Shown: in pieces, positions 17,169 through 18,131 of the stretch
How the letters are laid out: every line of letters begins with the position of its first letter
Position numbering within the stretch: the first letter of the stretch is position 1
Assembly: GCA_031425655.1 (NCBI GenBank)
Contig: JANPJS010000231.1
Location: forward strand, 1 to 18,131
Length of the DNA: 18,131 nt
Source: Abditibacteriaceae bacterium
GTDB lineage: Bacteria; Armatimonadota; Abditibacteriia; Abditibacteriales; Abditibacteriaceae
Direction of reading: 5' to 3'
Program-made: the position numbers and the translations under genes
Notes under the pieces: model-generated
The model's database searches: none
What the model saw: the letters and a program-made list of their open reading frames with translations, nothing else
Told to the model about the DNA's origin: nothing

Positions 17169-17279
17169 TAAGTTCACGAGCTAATCGCGCTAATCGCGCC
17201 AACCGTAACATGACGGTTCGTTCTCAGTTTGGCGTCAACGTGCGAGTTAATTGTTGTCATTACATTGCTATTCGCGTAT

Positions 17280-18131
17280 ATGAAAAGGGTGCTTGAAAAA
17301 CTATTGATAGTCCTGACGATATGCACAGGACTTTTGGCGGACGCGACCGTCCTGGCTGATGGGGGTGAGAATACCAGTTCCGTGGCGAGATCAACGAAGG
17401 CGCGGGTATTCAATGCTCTGAACTACGGGGCTGTGGGCGATGACAAGACGGACAACACCAAGGCCTTTTCGGCATGTCTGAAGGCGTTGGTCGAGACAGG
17501 CGGCGGGCGGATGTATCTTCCGGATGGGGTCTATCGCGGCAGATTGATCATTCCGCCTGTTTCGAGGCCAATACCGAGTTGGATGACTGTGGAGATCGTT
17601 GGTGAAAGCGAACCGACACCCGTGTTTGGAACGATCGGGTCGTTCCCTTTGCGGAATCACGGCACCATCGTCAAAAGCCTCTCCGAAACAGGCCCCGCAG
17701 TCATTTATGCCATGCCTTCGCCCCAGTCGCTTTACGGGGGATTCTCGGCAATCTATGTAGTCATCAGGAATCTGGATGTCAGAACCTATGACAATCCTGG
17801 GATTGCGGGCATCGACCTGAACTTCGCCTTGCAATGCAGGTTGGAGAATGTCTTCGTAAACACTGGCGTTTACAGCGTGCAGGCGTCCAAACCAACTCAC
17901 GGCACCAGTGGCGTGATCACTCCGGCCAATAATAACGCCGCGTTAACCATCCTGCGGAACGTGACCGTAACCGGCTATCATACCGCCATCCTGGTCAATG
18001 AGCACACCGACGGTGATAACATCAATCTGGCCTGCAACTTTAACGGGCTGGAGTTTGCCTTCGGCCATCATGCCTCGCGCTTTGGCCGGGTGGGTGCGCA
18101 ACGCTGCACCAACACCATCAAGGTTTCGGGC
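17280..18131 (+). CDS. Right-handed beta-helix protein (Pectate_lyase_3 / GH28-related), partial at 3' end
   Basis: Manual translation MKRVLEKLLIVLTICTGLLADATVLA...VFNALNYGAVGDDKTDNTKAFSACL...GGGRMYLPDGVY..., open to the window end. Not in the ORF track. Confidence 0.88.
   Translation, partial: MKRVLEKLLIVLTICTGLLADATVLADGGENTSSVARSTKARVFNALNYGAVGDDKTDNTKAFSACLKALVETGGGRMYLPDGVYRGRLIIPPVSRPIPSWMTVEIVGESEPTPVFGTIGSFPLRNHGTIVKSLSETGPAVIYAMPSPQSLYGGFSAIYVVIRNLDVRTYDNPGIAGIDLNFALQCRLENVFVNTGVYSVQASKPTHGTSGVITPANNNAALTILRNVTVTGYHTAILVNEHTDGDNINLACNFNGLEFAFGHHASRFGRVGAQRCTNTIKVSG

Noticed and set aside
1..18131. CRISPR array, tRNA or rRNA
   Set aside because: No regularly spaced direct repeats with spacers and no recognisable RNA gene were seen.

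Overview
GC-rich bacterial accessory region; the gene families are typical of PVC-type/Armatimonadota-Abditibacteriota-like heterotrophs (taxonomy is inference only). Intact genes: a secreted uncharacterised, possibly glycoside-hydrolase-like protein (<1-2045, minus, absent from the ORF track), a Planctomycete-type di-haem cytochrome c (DUF1592 group) plus DUF1552 pair, a GH105/GH88 hydrolase, a translationally coupled DPP-IV (S9B) plus M24 Xaa-Pro peptidase pair, two hydroxyproline-catabolic genes (cis-3-hydroxy-L-proline dehydratase-like enolase and a DHDPS-family deaminase), a SASA-type acetylesterase and a partial beta-helix protein. Between them are gene remnants (NHL propeller, HsdM C-terminus, metallopeptidase N-terminus, IS3 3' end). 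The most unusual signal is a nested hierarchy of small non-coding elements: two IS5/IS1031-like MITE shells with 3-bp TNA target duplications, each enclosing a different REP-like palindrome, and a 15-19-bp mini-hairpin (CCC-loop-GGG-YGCCC(C)G) found three times, with a compensatory base-pair change and an apparent empty site in the same window.
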